Positions 1-11,810 of a stretch of 64,000 nucleotides of DNA are shown here, piece by piece. Numbering within the stretch: the stretch's first letter is position 1; every line of letters begins with the position of its first letter. Source of the stretch: Desulfatiglandales bacterium (GTDB taxonomy: Bacteria; Desulfobacterota; DSM-4660; Desulfatiglandales; Desulfatiglandaceae); the NCBI GenBank assembly GCA_963662465.1, contig OY759599.1, forward strand, positions 4,192,001 through 4,256,000. Reading direction: 5' to 3'. Below the pieces are notes generated by a model. That model was not told where the DNA came from. It did no database searches and was given only the letters and a program-made list of their open reading frames with translations. A program made the position numbers and the translations under genes.

Positions 1-1714
1 TATTTCGCCGGATAATCCCTATATGAAGTTTTTCCCCGGTTTTCTCCGGTTGCGGGAACATGGCGTTGTACTCAGGAACCATTACACCGCCGCTTCGGCC
101 TGTGTTCCCAGCAGGACCTGTATCATGACCGGGCAATACAATACGGGAGTCTATCAAACGACAGGTCTGTTTAAGGAACCCGACAATGTCACATGGCTGG
201 ATCCCGCCGGCATTCCCACCATTGGCGATTGGTTCCGTGCGCTTGGGTATGAGACCCATTACTTTGGGAAGTGGCATGTATCAGACCCGAAGGCCCCTGA
301 CTATCTTGATCCCTGGGGATTTTCCGACTGGGAGAAATCCTATCCTGAGCCCCATGGGTCAGATGTATACAATCTCGGTGTATATCGCGACGTGGGATTT
401 ATGGAAGATGTCGAGGCGTTCCTATCAGACAAGGGAGCAATGCCCGGCGGCCGACCCTGGTTTGCCGTTGGGTCGCTGGTCAATCCCCATGACTGCAGCG
501 CCTGGCCGGTCAAGTGGCAAATGCCCAGTGATCAAGGCGTTGTTCCCTGGGTCGATTATCCGCCGCCGCCCCCCAACCCGGATCAAGGTGAAAATAGTTT
601 GCCGGACCCGGATCCGGATATGGAACGTAAAGGACTCGTTGTCCCCCTGAACCCGGATGATTTTCCCCAGAGCACCTGCGCTCTGCCGCCGACGTTTGAC
701 GAGAAGCTGACGGAAAAGCCCCGCTGCCAGTATGACTACTCACTCAAGTGGGGCCTCGGCTTGAAAGCAAAGCTCGGCCTCAAGGAGCTTCTTTTCCCTT
801 TACCCCTCCCATTTCAACTCCAGGGGGAATATTCATCGGCCTGGTCCCTGGCGTATAACGAATTTTATACGTATCTTCACTATCAGGCGGACCTCCGCAT
901 TCGCAAGATGCTTCAGGCCCTCGACGACAACGGCCTGACTGAGAACACCATCATTGTCTTCCTCTCCGATCACGGAGACATGACCGGGGCCCATGGGGGG
1001 ATGATTCAAAAGTGGCATTCCGCCTATGAAGAAATAACCAGGGTGCCGATGGTTATTTCGTCCCCCCTGGTCAATACCAGCAAAATCCAACTGCGAGAGA
1101 TTATTCAGCCCACAAGCTCCATCGATCTTGCGCCCACATTGCTGGGTCTGGCAGGCTTTGATGAAGCGGATGTGGCCGCGGCAAAGGCCGCCATGAAAGA
1201 TCACCAGGCGGTGGAAGACCTGGTTGGGGCCGACCTGGCGCCTTTTGTCAAGGGGGAGAAGACGGGGGGCATCCCCGGCCCGGATGGAAATCCACGTCCC
1301 GGGGTCTTTTACATGAGCAATGATATGGTCACGGAACTCGGCTTCAATTCTGATGAAGAGACACTAAAGGAATACCATACCTTTTTGGGCAACGTGGAAT
1401 ACGAGAGGAGCAAGGGCATTCCGCTGGCGTCCGGGCCTGTTTTGCAGCCCAACAACGTCAGGGCGCTGTGCACCGGCGAATAGAAGATCGTCCGGTACGT
1501 AGACCCGAATGGCGTTGAAACGGATGAATGGGAACTTTATTATCTGGCGGCGGATCCTGTGGAACAGATCAATATCGTTGATTTCAGGACCGGGGAGGTT
1601 CGCGATGATGTGACGGTGCCTGGATGGACACTTGAGCAACTGCAGGCAAAAAACACATCGTTGAAGGCGGAACTGGCGAGACAGGAAACACTCTTGAACC
1701 ATCAGACAGGCTGA
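1..1714 (+). CDS. Sulfatase (formylglycine-dependent), 5'-truncated by the window, with an in-frame TAG at 1481-1483
   Basis: CVPSR active-site motif, GKWH and SDHG motifs. Frame is open from position 2. After the TAG the frame continues KIVRY...WELYYLAADPVE (sulfatase C-terminus) to TGA 1712-1714. Confidence 0.85.
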
Positions 1715-2079
1715 AGGTCACCCAACTGCTGAAAGAGGTTCATCTATTTACGACTGGAGCACCCATATTTATCAGCAGCCCTTCTAAGGGTGACCTCGGA
1801 GAGTGATTACTCGTGTTTTGCCAAACAAAGCTCCCCTGCAATTACTAATTCCAGCCCGAGTAGTGGGAGGTGAGATGAAGGTCTCGATCTTTGATAGAAG
1901 ATGGCCAAACCTTATCAGAACACCAATCTTGAGAGTGTTTTGGAAAAGGTTCTCGGATAAGCAAATAGGGGCGCTAAATTGAAATTTAAGGGGGGAATAG
2001 TGTATGATTGTTCCGGTTCCCTTGCATATTTTTGGCCGGTTTGCCGTTTATAATGAGATAAGCAAAGAGTGATTCTGCA

Positions 2080-2307
2080 ATGGTTGAAGAGTTTGAACTG
2101 ATCTTACATTATTTGAATGAAAAACGCGGGTTTGACTTTTCCGGCTATCGCATCTCCATGGTTGAACGCCGAATCCGGCAACGATTTCCATCCATAAAAT
2201 GTGAGAGCTTCGACGATTACCTTCATTACCTAAAGGAAAATTCCGATGAATTAGATCATCTGATCGATGCGTTGACCATCAAGGATGGTAACCCATGGAT
2301 TACCTGA
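2080..2307 (+). pseudogene. N-terminal fragment of a CheR-type methyltransferase
   Basis: RGFDFSGYR...ERRI...YL...LIDALTI is the CheR N-domain; the SAM domain is absent. Confidence 0.75.
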
Positions 2308-4520
2308 ACAGAATTACGGTCAAAAGCAGAATGGTTCTCTCTTTTGTGCTGGTGCTGTTTTTTTTCATTGTTTTTGCGATGCTTTCCATCAGGGGAATGA
2401 ATGAACTGGGAGAATTAACCTCCACCTTGTATGACCACCCGCTGAAGGTATCCACAGCGGCCCTGAAAGCAAAGGCCGGCGTTATCCGCATGCACGGAGC
2501 ATGAAGGATGTATCCATGTCAAAGACGGAAATGGAAATACAACAGGCCATTGAAGCAGTCCATTCGGAAGAAAAGCTTGTTTACCAGGATCTTGATATCA
2601 TAAAAAGCCTGATTCTGGGAGAAGAAGGGGAAACGCTTGTTCAAGAGACCATTGAACTGTTTGCCGGCTGGACACCGATCCGGGTGGAGGTGGAACAAAT
2701 GGAATTTTTGAGCCTGGCGGCCCCCATCCTGGCCACAGGCCTATATACTGCATTGCAGGGCATGCAGATTAAAGATCTCCTGGAAGCAAGCCAGGCAGCC
2801 AACGAAGCGTTATCGGTCCAAGCGAAAGAATTGCAAGCCCAATCTGAAGAACTCTGGCAAACATCAGAGGAGCTGCAGGAACAGAATGTGGAACTGACGG
2901 TCCAGCGTGAGCAGGTTGAAGAGGCCAATCGTTTGAAAAGTGAGTTTCTGTCCAACATGAGCCATGAACTCAGAACCCCTCTTAACTCGGTGATGGCTTT
3001 GTCCCGGGTCCTTATCAGCCAGGCAAAAGACAAGCTTTCTGAAGAGGAGCTGAATTATCTGAATGTCATCGCACGGAACGGAAAAAATCTCCTCACACTG
3101 ATTAACGACATCCTTCACCGGCATCGGTATATCGGAAAAGGATCTGCCGCATATCTTTGAAGAATTCAGGCAGGTTGACGGAACAACCGCAAGACAATAC
3201 GAAGGCACGGGCCTGGGTTTAGCCATCGCCTATAAGGCGGCCAAAATGCTGGGTGGAGACCTGTTGGTGGAAAGCGTCCTCGGGAAAGGGTCTTCATTCA
3301 CCTTAACTCTACCGTTGAAGCAGCAGGAGATCGTTCCCGAATTTGAACCTTTTGTCCCGAGGCCATCTGTTGAAATATCGCCGGCACAAAAGACCATCCT
3401 CGTTGTAGACGATGAACCTGATGTCGTTGCCATGATTGCTGATTATCTTTCTCAGGTGGGATATTTTCCCATGACCGCCACCTCCGGGGCGCAGGCCCTT
3501 GAACTTGCCGAAAAGCATCGGCCTTTTGCCATAACCCTGGATATACTCATGCCTGACATGGACGGCTTTGAGGTCCTTCAGCGCTTGAAAGAAAATCCTG
3601 TAACCCGGGATATCCCCACGATTATTATTTCCATGAAGGATGATAAAGAGGTCGGATTTGCCCTGGGTGCGGTTGGCTACATCACCAAACCTGTCAATAA
3701 AGACAGGTTGATTGCGGAAATCAACAAGATTGGCGGAAGATCCCCTCACGCAATTATGGTTGTGGATGACAATGAGTTTGAACGTAGGGAAATATCACAA
3801 ATCATTAACCAGGAGGGAATGCAGGCGGTTGCTGCAGCTAACGGCCTGCAATGTATGGAGATCATTGCGAAATCGATACCGGATGTCCTTGTGCTAGACT
3901 TGATCATGCCGGATATGGACGGGTTTGAAGTGCTGGAAAGGGTCCGCAACGAACCTGCAACCAGACATCTGCCGGTAATCGTCGTTACGGCAAAAGAGCT
4001 TACAGCCGAAGATAGAAAAAAATTGACCGGGAATGCCACCTCTGTTCTTGCGAAAAGTGATACCACTTCAACCGCCTTGCTTCAAGAGATCAAAAAGATC
4101 CTTGATGACATGGGCAAACCGCATCAATCGCCGAAATCAAGAGAACTGAAAACCCCCAAAAGAGTTCTCGTGGTTGAAGACAACCAGACCGCCATGATGC
4201 AGATCAGGACAGTTTTGGAAAGCGAAGGGTACCTGGTGGATACAGCCGGCGGTGGTCAGGAGGCGATTGATTATGTGAAGGACACGATTCCGGATGGCAT
4301 TATCCTGGACCTGATGATGCCGAAAGTGGATGGTTTTACGGTGGTTGGCAAGGTGAAGGAAGACAAGAAAACAAACCATATCCCCGTGATTGCACTGACG
4401 GCCAGAGCCATGAAGGGTGACAGGGAAAAGATTATTGAGGCCGGATGCGACGACTATATATCTAAACCCATTGAACCTGAAGACGTATTGAAAAAAATCG
4501 GGGAGTGGCTGGAGAAGTAA
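2295..4520 (+). pseudogene. Degraded hybrid histidine kinase (TM/4-helix sensor, HisKA, HATPase, 3 receiver domains)
   Basis: 1-nt frameshift at ~2495 (MH[RS]MKD). H-box FLSNMSHELRTPL. A deletion at ~3117 joins INDIL out of frame to TGIG...GTGLGL. REC domains lie in 3246-4520. Confidence 0.8.
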
Positions 4521-4558
4521 GGCCGGTTCAGGAACGTATAAAGTATGATGGAGGCGCC

Positions 4559-6535
4559 ATGCCAAAGATATTAGCCATTGATGATAAACAGGATAATTTA
4601 ATTACACTGTCCGCCATACTGAAGAATCTTATTCCCGAGTGCCATGTGATAACCGCTCAATCAGGGCCGGAAGGTCTTGAAAAGGCGAGGATTCACGCCC
4701 CTGATACGATTTTATTGGATATTAAAATGCCGGGTATGGATGGGTACGAGGTATGCAAAAGACTAAAGGAAGATAAAAACACCCAAAATATCCCGGTTAT
4801 TATGATTTCAGCGGTCAAGAGAGAATCAGAAGACCTTGCAAGAGGGTTAGACTCTGGTGCTGATGCATATCTGACTAAACCTATCGATGAACTTGTTTTA
4901 ACAGCACAGATTAAGACCACCTTGCGCTTGAAAGCAGCAGAAGATTATTTACGCACGCAAAAAGGATTCGCGGAAGACATGCTTCAGGCGGCCATGGATA
5001 ATTCACAGGCCGGCATTGCCATCGCCGACGCGCCGGACGGTAAACTGCGTTATGTGAACGACGCGGCATTGCTTATTCGTGGCAAAGGCAAGGAGGAGAT
5101 CGTCAATGGTGTGGGCATCACGGAGTATGTAGCCAGTTGGCAGATTTTCCATTTGGATGGCACACCCTATAAAGAAGATGAAGTACCCCTGGCCCGGGCT
5201 GTTATGTATGGAGAGACCTGCAGCGAAGAGTTTATCATTCGCCGGGCGGATGAAGTAGACCGTGTTGTTTGGGCCAACGCCGCGCCTATCCGGGACGCAC
5301 GGGATGAGGTCGTCGCGGGGATTGTTGTGTTCCTGGACGTTACCGAAAGGAAACAGGCTGAAGCGGAACACGAAAAACTTTCCGCTCAGTTTTTACAGGC
5401 CCAGAAGATGGAGTCCATAGGCCGGTTGGCAGGAGGGATCGCCCATGACTTCAACAACAAACTGGGCGTGATCCTGGGACGTGTGCAAATGGTACTCATG
5501 GATATGGAACCGGAGAATCCCATTTATGGAGATCTCGAAGAGGTTCAGGATGCGGCCAAGGGAGCAGCGGACCTGACCCGGCAGCTTCTGGCTTTCGCCC
5601 GAAAACAGACCATCGCGCCACGGGAACTGGACATTAATGAAGCTCTGGAAGGGATGCTCAAAATGCTGAGGCGCCTGATCGGTGAAGACATTGATCTGAC
5701 ATGGCAGCCGGACACGAATCTGTGGCCGGTAAAGATGGATCCTGCCCAGATCGACCAGATTCTGGCCAATCTGACGGTCAATGCCCGAGATTCCATTGAC
5801 GGCGTGGGGAAGATCGGCATCGAGACGAAAAACAGGGTCTTGAACGATGCCTATTGTGCCAAGCGCAATGAGACAATACCCGGTGAATTTGTCATGCTGG
5901 CGGTGAGTGATAATGGTTGCGGCATGGAAAAAGAAATCCTTGATCAGATCTTTGAGCCGTTTTTCACCACCAAGGGGATTGGAAAAGGGACGGGTCTCGG
6001 GCTTTCCACGGTTTATGGTATCGTCAAGCAGAACCACGGTTTCATCAGCGTTTACAGCGAACCTGAAAAAGGGACCACCTTCAAGATTTACATTCCCCGA
6101 TATCAAGGAGGCCCCGCCCTGGAAACTGTTGCCGGTTTAGAAGAAACCCCCAGGGGTGATGGAGAGACGATCCTGCTGGTAGAGGACGATCCGGGTATCC
6201 TGAGGATGGCAAGGATGATGCTGGAAAGGCTCGGGTACGCAGTGCTCACGGCGAGCAGTCCCTATGAGGCCATGGAAACAGCCGGGGAACACTCCGGCGA
6301 AATCCATTTACTCATGACCGACGTGGTAATGCCCCGGATGGACGGGAAGGATCTGGCGGAGCGGGTTATGAAGATTCGGCCGGAAACCGGGACCCTTTTC
6401 ATGTCCGGCTATACGGCCAATGCCATCGCTCACCACGGTATTCTGGATGAAGGGGTTAACTTCATTGAAAAGCCCTTTATGTCTGATCGCCTGGCGCGTA
6501 AGGTAAGGGCGGTTTTGGATGGGGTGAGAAGCTGA
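4559..6535 (+). CDS. Hybrid sensor kinase REC-PAS-HisKA-HATPase-REC
   Basis: GGIAHDFNN H-box, FEPFFTTK, GTGLGL, N- and C-terminal REC domains; GGAGG RBS before ATG 4559. Confidence 0.92.
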   Translation: MPKILAIDDKQDNLITLSAILKNLIPECHVITAQSGPEGLEKARIHAPDTILLDIKMPGMDGYEVCKRLKEDKNTQNIPVIMISAVKRESEDLARGLDSGADAYLTKPIDELVLTAQIKTTLRLKAAEDYLRTQKGFAEDMLQAAMDNSQAGIAIADAPDGKLRYVNDAALLIRGKGKEEIVNGVGITEYVASWQIFHLDGTPYKEDEVPLARAVMYGETCSEEFIIRRADEVDRVVWANAAPIRDARDEVVAGIVVFLDVTERKQAEAEHEKLSAQFLQAQKMESIGRLAGGIAHDFNNKLGVILGRVQMVLMDMEPENPIYGDLEEVQDAAKGAADLTRQLLAFARKQTIAPRELDINEALEGMLKMLRRLIGEDIDLTWQPDTNLWPVKMDPAQIDQILANLTVNARDSIDGVGKIGIETKNRVLNDAYCAKRNETIPGEFVMLAVSDNGCGMEKEILDQIFEPFFTTKGIGKGTGLGLSTVYGIVKQNHGFISVYSEPEKGTTFKIYIPRYQGGPALETVAGLEETPRGDGETILLVEDDPGILRMARMMLERLGYAVLTASSPYEAMETAGEHSGEIHLLMTDVVMPRMDGKDLAERVMKIRPETGTLFMSGYTANAIAHHGILDEGVNFIEKPFMSDRLARKVRAVLDGVRS

Positions 6536-6541
6536 TTGGCG

Positions 6542-7036
6542 TTATTTATGAATAGACCTGAACCAAACAAGAGGGAATCCTATTGGCTCGGCCGTTATAC
6601 CTGGTTTATGCTGATATTGTGGACAGCCATCGTCGGAGCGTTGTTCCTCTTTCTTTTTGGCAGTATCTGACACATCGAACCCATTAATAGTAAATTTATT
6701 TTCACCTGCGATGTTAATACAATAGCCTATTTTATCAATCACCTCATTGCTCAAGGCTGCCCCATGCCGGGAAAGATATTTATCCAATTCTTGTTCTAAA
6801 TCGTTCAATTGGAGGGCAATATGTTCACATACATCTTCCCAGTCCATATCTGGAAAGCTGCGATAGGGACTTAAATTACGGATTAATGCTACTAACCCCC
6901 ATGGCCGCGGGCCACAACGAATGATGAAATTTTTTGGTGTCCATTTGTACCAAGAGATAGCACAAAAGCACGGAATGAACCGGAAACCGTTAATTGGAAA
7001 CCGGAAACTTTCATATAAATTGGGAGGCGGCTTCAA
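6542..7036 (-). CDS. Hypothetical protein or fragment (AT-rich) downstream of brxL; start uncertain
   Basis: ORF only, no recognised motif. Confidence 0.3.
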   Translation of the reverse strand: MKPPPNLYESFRFPINGFRFIPCFCAISWYKWTPKNFIIRCGPRPWGLVALIRNLSPYRSFPDMDWEDVCEHIALQLNDLEQELDKYLSRHGAALSNEVIDKIGYCINIAGENKFTINGFDVSDTAKKKEEQRSDDGCPQYQHKPGITAEPIGFPLVWFRSIHK

Positions 7037-7124
7037 ACTACCTTTCGAATAAGAATTCAGATTTCTTTAGCTTGATCTTATAGCTTTCTGTCTCTCTAAA
7101 AAATACTTGGCTCTTGGTATTATT

Positions 7125-9179
7125 TTATTCCACCCCCAAAGCCTTAAATACTGCATCCTGCGGATCTGCATAGAAGCCGGTCTGAAATTTTGCAAACAAT
7201 TCCCCGGGGATGCTGGGGATATCCCCGACACTGGCCATTGGCAAGAGTATGCGTTTTACCCCTGCGTCAAAGGCCACCTGGAGGGACTCTGCCAGGTTCC
7301 GGACCGGCACGATGCTGCCGCCCAGGCTCATGCTCCCCAGCACCACCAACTGGGACTGAACCGGTTTTCCAAGCACGGCTGAACAGAGGGCCACAAAAGC
7401 GGTGAGGGTCATCATGTTGGTCGGGCCTGTATTGTGAAGTTCCACGATGTGGAGGTGATAGTTGTGGTCCCCGGCCTTGACCGATGCGCTGACGCCGGTC
7501 GCATTGGCCTTGAAATAGTCAAAACCCACCTTCACCGCCTCTTTTGCGGCGCTGACGGACCCGAATCCTGAAAGGGTCAGAGAACCGCTTCCGGGCGTCA
7601 CTTGCGTTTCCAGGCGGTAAAGCCCCAGATGCCTGCTGTTTCCGGTGGCCACGGTATGCAAGACCCCCGGATTGAGGGAGCCTTGGGGGATCAGGGAGCC
7701 TCCGCCCTGTTCCGGTACACTGATGAATTTCTCTTCCATGTTCTCCGGATCGATATAAGAGAAGTGCACATCGTAAAATTCCATGCCCCCGATCTTCTTG
7801 AGTTGCTCCTTGACGCGGCGACGGGTTTCGAGAGCATATTCCAAACAGCGCCGGACGGCCTCTTTCTCGTAATCTTCGTGGGGATAGAGCAATTTCAAAA
7901 GCCCCGAGACCGTGTGTTTCACCGCAATGGTATCCCGCTGGTTCAGATCCCGGCCCAGTTTGAAATACCGGTTGACGGCATCAGAAAAGTTACGCTTTCG
8001 CATTTCCCGAAAGAACTCGGCCAGATAGTCCACGATAAGGCCATACTGGTTTGTGATATACTCGGGCCGCATCTTGGGTATCTCCCAACCGGGGATGTAG
8101 GCGTGGAACCGATCGAAGAAGGCTGAATCGATCATGGCCTCGGGAAAAGGCGCCAGGAGATGGCTTGTCTTGACCAGGGTATCCACCGACTGATTGAGGT
8201 TCCCCACAAAGACCATGGAAGCGTAGGCGCTGATCAGGTCGCGTCCTCGGGCAAATGAACCTGACGCCATATAGTCCTTCATAATCTGGACGCCGTCGTT
8301 GTCCTTGAAGGAAATTCCGGCAACCTCGTCAAAGGCCACCACGTCCCACAGGCCCACAAGCCCCACGGTATGGTTCGCGAGGTTATAGAACAGGTTCGCT
8401 ACGGTGGTCCGTCCTCCGGAGATCAGGATGCTGTTGGGGCTGATCTCCTTGTATATGTGGCTCTTACCGGTCCCTCTGGGTCCCAGTTCGCAGACGTTGT
8501 AATTGTTCTCGACCAAGGGAATCATGCGTGTCAGGAGGTGCCACTTTACACGATCTTCGAATTGGGTCGGTTCCAAACCGGTGGACCGAATAAGAGCATC
8601 TATCCATTGCGCTTCGTTGAAATACCGCCGACCCTCAAAAAGCGCCTCCATGTCCATATTGGGCATCTGGATCGGTTTCAACTCTCGTACAAGAAACGGC
8701 GACCCTTTCTGCCCCTCTTCATAGAAATACTCCATGGAGATAATTGACCAGATACCCCCGGCCAGTAGCTTTTCATAACGGCGCACCGTTTTCGTGCTGA
8801 TCTCGACACCCCTGATGCCCAGGTTGGACAGCAGGGCCTCGTACACATCCCGCCTTTCATTGAGCTTGACCGTAGCCTTATCAATGATTTTGAGGCTGCC
8901 GCGTTCCCTGATCGTCGACTTAACTTTTTCGGCTTCATCGGGCCTGACATAATTTTCGGCCAAGATCTTTTTTACGGTCGTAAGGCCTTCCTGGATAATC
9001 GCTTCATCGTTCGAGGCACAGTGTTGTCCGAGCAGGTACTCCAGTACATAAACCGGAACGTTCGCGCCTTCCTTCACCAGTTTAGTGAGGTCTTTGCGAA
9101 CGACCCGGCCTGCAAAATGCCGGTTGAGAAGATCGTCCAGGCCCCCATCAATAGCGTCTTTCGTGATCTCAGAAGTCAT
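7125..9179 (-). CDS. brxL: BREX Lon-like protein BrxL
   Basis: VVRKDL, NVPVYVLEYLLG, Walker A GPRGTGKS, Lon-like C-domain; overlaps the pglZ stop. Confidence 0.95.
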   Translation of the reverse strand: MTSEITKDAIDGGLDDLLNRHFAGRVVRKDLTKLVKEGANVPVYVLEYLLGQHCASNDEAIIQEGLTTVKKILAENYVRPDEAEKVKSTIRERGSLKIIDKATVKLNERRDVYEALLSNLGIRGVEISTKTVRRYEKLLAGGIWSIISMEYFYEEGQKGSPFLVRELKPIQMPNMDMEALFEGRRYFNEAQWIDALIRSTGLEPTQFEDRVKWHLLTRMIPLVENNYNVCELGPRGTGKSHIYKEISPNSILISGGRTTVANLFYNLANHTVGLVGLWDVVAFDEVAGISFKDNDGVQIMKDYMASGSFARGRDLISAYASMVFVGNLNQSVDTLVKTSHLLAPFPEAMIDSAFFDRFHAYIPGWEIPKMRPEYITNQYGLIVDYLAEFFREMRKRNFSDAVNRYFKLGRDLNQRDTIAVKHTVSGLLKLLYPHEDYEKEAVRRCLEYALETRRRVKEQLKKIGGMEFYDVHFSYIDPENMEEKFISVPEQGGGSLIPQGSLNPGVLHTVATGNSRHLGLYRLETQVTPGSGSLTLSGFGSVSAAKEAVKVGFDYFKANATGVSASVKAGDHNYHLHIVELHNTGPTNMMTLTAFVALCSAVLGKPVQSQLVVLGSMSLGGSIVPVRNLAESLQVAFDAGVKRILLPMASVGDIPSIPGELFAKFQTGFYADPQDAVFKALGVE

Positions 9180-11802
9180 CGGTAAATGCCCTATCTATGA
9201 TTACATCCACACTCTCTTGCTCAACCCCTGTTTCCGCATCTCGCAGGACCAGCCGGTATTTTGTTTTTTTGTCATACGGCCTGTCATGGAGAACAAGGGT
9301 GATCGACTTTTTGCGCACCTCGATGTTATTGGAGGCACTATCAAATGATATTGATTCGATATTGGTGACCGGGTCCTTCCCTTCGTAGACAGCCGCTTTC
9401 AGGGTAATCGGTTTCACTCGATCACTGACCGGCGCCATCTGGATCATCTCAAACCGGTGCCGGGAGGTGGTAATTTTGTGGCGGGTCCCCAGCACATGGA
9501 CGGTGACCTGTTTCGTCTTTGTGGCCCCGGCCCCCTTATCCTTCTTGTGCCGTACGGTGACAACCGGCAGGACGATCTCTTGAAGCATGGCCCCGCCGTG
9601 GACGAACCTGGCGCCACCCATGAAATGAAACCGGTTGGCCCCCTTGGGAATCCAGAACTCCATACCCCCTTCAGCGCCGGCGGTTGTGGCGGTTAAGCCA
9701 TGCCATACGCTGTCATGGTCGCCAAGGTTATGCCCTATAAGAAAACGCTGCTTTGCCTTGACGGTTCCGGGCGGTTTGTCATGGAGGCTGCTTTTATCGG
9801 GCTCCCCGGGAGACGATTCCGTAAACAGAAAGCCGTGATCCGCCGTGATGACCACATGGTGACCATTGAGGTTATTGATGACGTAGGTCACGACCGATGC
9901 CAGATCATCGATCGCCCGTCTCACCGCCTCGAAGGTGTGTCCTTCGGTGGAGGCAGAATCTCCGACTGCATCGATAGCGTTATGATAGATATAGAGGAGA
10001 CGTTTATCTTTGACGAAAGCCCGGCCTTCTTCCTTCTTCATCTCAAGGAGGTCATCGGCCTTAACAGCCAAGCCCTCAACAGAAGAAAGTATCCGGCTTC
10101 GTTGATCCAGCGAGGCCATTGGCTGCCCATCCACCAGGACATCACCATTGGGCTTATATTCCAGCTTTTCGTGCGGCAAAAGGGCGGCCATGCCAAGGGT
10201 CGTGTAAGATGGCAGGACACCGAGCTGTAAACCCAGCTCAGCCGCAAAACGGTATTTCCCATTGAGTTCCCGGGTGAGTTCCTCGGCGGCTTCATAGCGG
10301 AAGGCATCACTGATGATGACAAAGCTCCGACGTCTCTCGGCCTCCTTGAGACGGGGGGCGACATGCCCCTGGTAGAAATTTTGTTGATTGGGCAAATCGT
10401 CGAGCCTCCAGGAAGCCGGAAGCGCAGTGCCGCCCTTAGGGTCAATGAATTTACCCCATCCATCCGAAAGGTCATGAATGTATCCGTTGACATAACAGGC
10501 TTCCACCTTTTGCCGGAGCTTTTTCAGGATATCCCAGATCCTGGACTCGGCGATATCCGCCTGCTCGCAAAAGTGCCGGTAAAGTTGATCGAAACGAAAG
10601 AGTTCTTTTCTATAGGCTTCAAGCATGGCCCGGGGTGTATCATAATCAAAACCATCCCGGTATTCGTATTTGAGCGCAAAGAGTTCCGCTGATGCCACCA
10701 GGGCCTCGTAGACGGCGTAAAACGCCTCCCGTGGAACATCGCCAGTTACAAAGGACGATGCCCAGTGGCCTGCCTGCCTGTGCCTGGAAACCGCCCTGAT
10801 GTCATCCACATCGATGGCATCACCCCCGGACAATACCCTGTCCCGGAGTCCCTGTGCGATGGCCTCTTCCACGGCCTGGAATGTCATCACATCCAGCAAG
10901 GCTTCAATCTCGAACCCGTAAAGTTGATCTTTGATTTTGATGATGTCGGCCACAAGGCCGGTTAGCCGATCATAGCTGCTCGCTTTGCTGCTGCTGTCTC
11001 GCCACTGGGCCAGACAGACCACCGCGTTGGATTTACCGGATTGCGTCAGCAATACGAAATGAGCAAGGGAATCAGGCACGATCCCTTTGAGGTGATGGGA
11101 GAAATCGGTGATCAGCAAGTGAATCAGAAAATTCCTCAGGGTAGGATTCTCCTCTTTGTACCCGAACAGGGACTTGGCCATCCGCCGGAATGGGCCGTCC
11201 AGGTCGAACTTCTCCAGTTGCAGCCATACGCCCGGAGGGTTATCCAGGTCGATATCCTCTCCGTTATCAGTCACCGTAAACTCATGGAAGAGCGTGCGAA
11301 TAATGTTGAACCACTCGGGTTGGTCCGCTTTGACCACGATGCTGATCATCTTCACGTCTAAATCCACATCGGTATCATTGAGCGCCACGATCTCTTTGAG
11401 CTTCTGAAGACGCTGTTTGCTGTCAAAGAACTTACGGCGGGCGGCAATATGGTCACGAAGGTGCTGATTGGCCAGCCCCAGTTCATCGAGTATCATGGAG
11501 GCCCTGTCTGCCCGGAAACCGCGGCTGTAGAGGCGGATATCGAGGAGCCAATCGGCCTCGTACTCGGGTTCTTCGGTGGATGAATAGAGAAGATACCGCC
11601 CCTCAGGGTCAATTTGTTCAATTTGGATTTTGGCCTCCAGGGCGCCAATCTGATCCAGCCGAAGGATGCTGACGCTCTCCGGGAGGTTGAGCAGGGAGAG
11701 GGTTATGGCAAACTCATGGTCCGGGTCGTTCCAGAAGACGATACGTTGACCTTCTTCGATGAACAGGCGGGCAAGGGCTTCTTCGATTTTTGTGTTGTCC
11801 AT
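9169..11802 (-). CDS. pglZ: BREX phosphatase PglZ
   Basis: RIVFWND, VIISDAFRYE, LPSYT, TADHGF, FVHGG motifs. Confidence 0.95.
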   Translation of the reverse strand: MDNTKIEEALARLFIEEGQRIVFWNDPDHEFAITLSLLNLPESVSILRLDQIGALEAKIQIEQIDPEGRYLLYSSTEEPEYEADWLLDIRLYSRGFRADRASMILDELGLANQHLRDHIAARRKFFDSKQRLQKLKEIVALNDTDVDLDVKMISIVVKADQPEWFNIIRTLFHEFTVTDNGEDIDLDNPPGVWLQLEKFDLDGPFRRMAKSLFGYKEENPTLRNFLIHLLITDFSHHLKGIVPDSLAHFVLLTQSGKSNAVVCLAQWRDSSSKASSYDRLTGLVADIIKIKDQLYGFEIEALLDVMTFQAVEEAIAQGLRDRVLSGGDAIDVDDIRAVSRHRQAGHWASSFVTGDVPREAFYAVYEALVASAELFALKYEYRDGFDYDTPRAMLEAYRKELFRFDQLYRHFCEQADIAESRIWDILKKLRQKVEACYVNGYIHDLSDGWGKFIDPKGGTALPASWRLDDLPNQQNFYQGHVAPRLKEAERRRSFVIISDAFRYEAAEELTRELNGKYRFAAELGLQLGVLPSYTTLGMAALLPHEKLEYKPNGDVLVDGQPMASLDQRSRILSSVEGLAVKADDLLEMKKEEGRAFVKDKRLLYIYHNAIDAVGDSASTEGHTFEAVRRAIDDLASVVTYVINNLNGHHVVITADHGFLFTESSPGEPDKSSLHDKPPGTVKAKQRFLIGHNLGDHDSVWHGLTATTAGAEGGMEFWIPKGANRFHFMGGARFVHGGAMLQEIVLPVVTVRHKKDKGAGATKTKQVTVHVLGTRHKITTSRHRFEMIQMAPVSDRVKPITLKAAVYEGKDPVTNIESISFDSASNNIEVRKKSITLVLHDRPYDKKTKYRLVLRDAETGVEQESVDVIIDRAFTDDF

Positions 11803-11810
11803 ATCGTGAC

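Noticed and set aside
1716..1796. Inverted repeat AGGTCACCC/GGGTGACCT after the sulfatase
   Set aside because: Large loop and no U-tract; cannot be distinguished from a generic 3' stabilising hairpin.
2502..2504. TGA as a possible selenocysteine codon
   Set aside because: Better explained by a 1-nt frameshift in MHRSMKD; no Cys-equivalent context.
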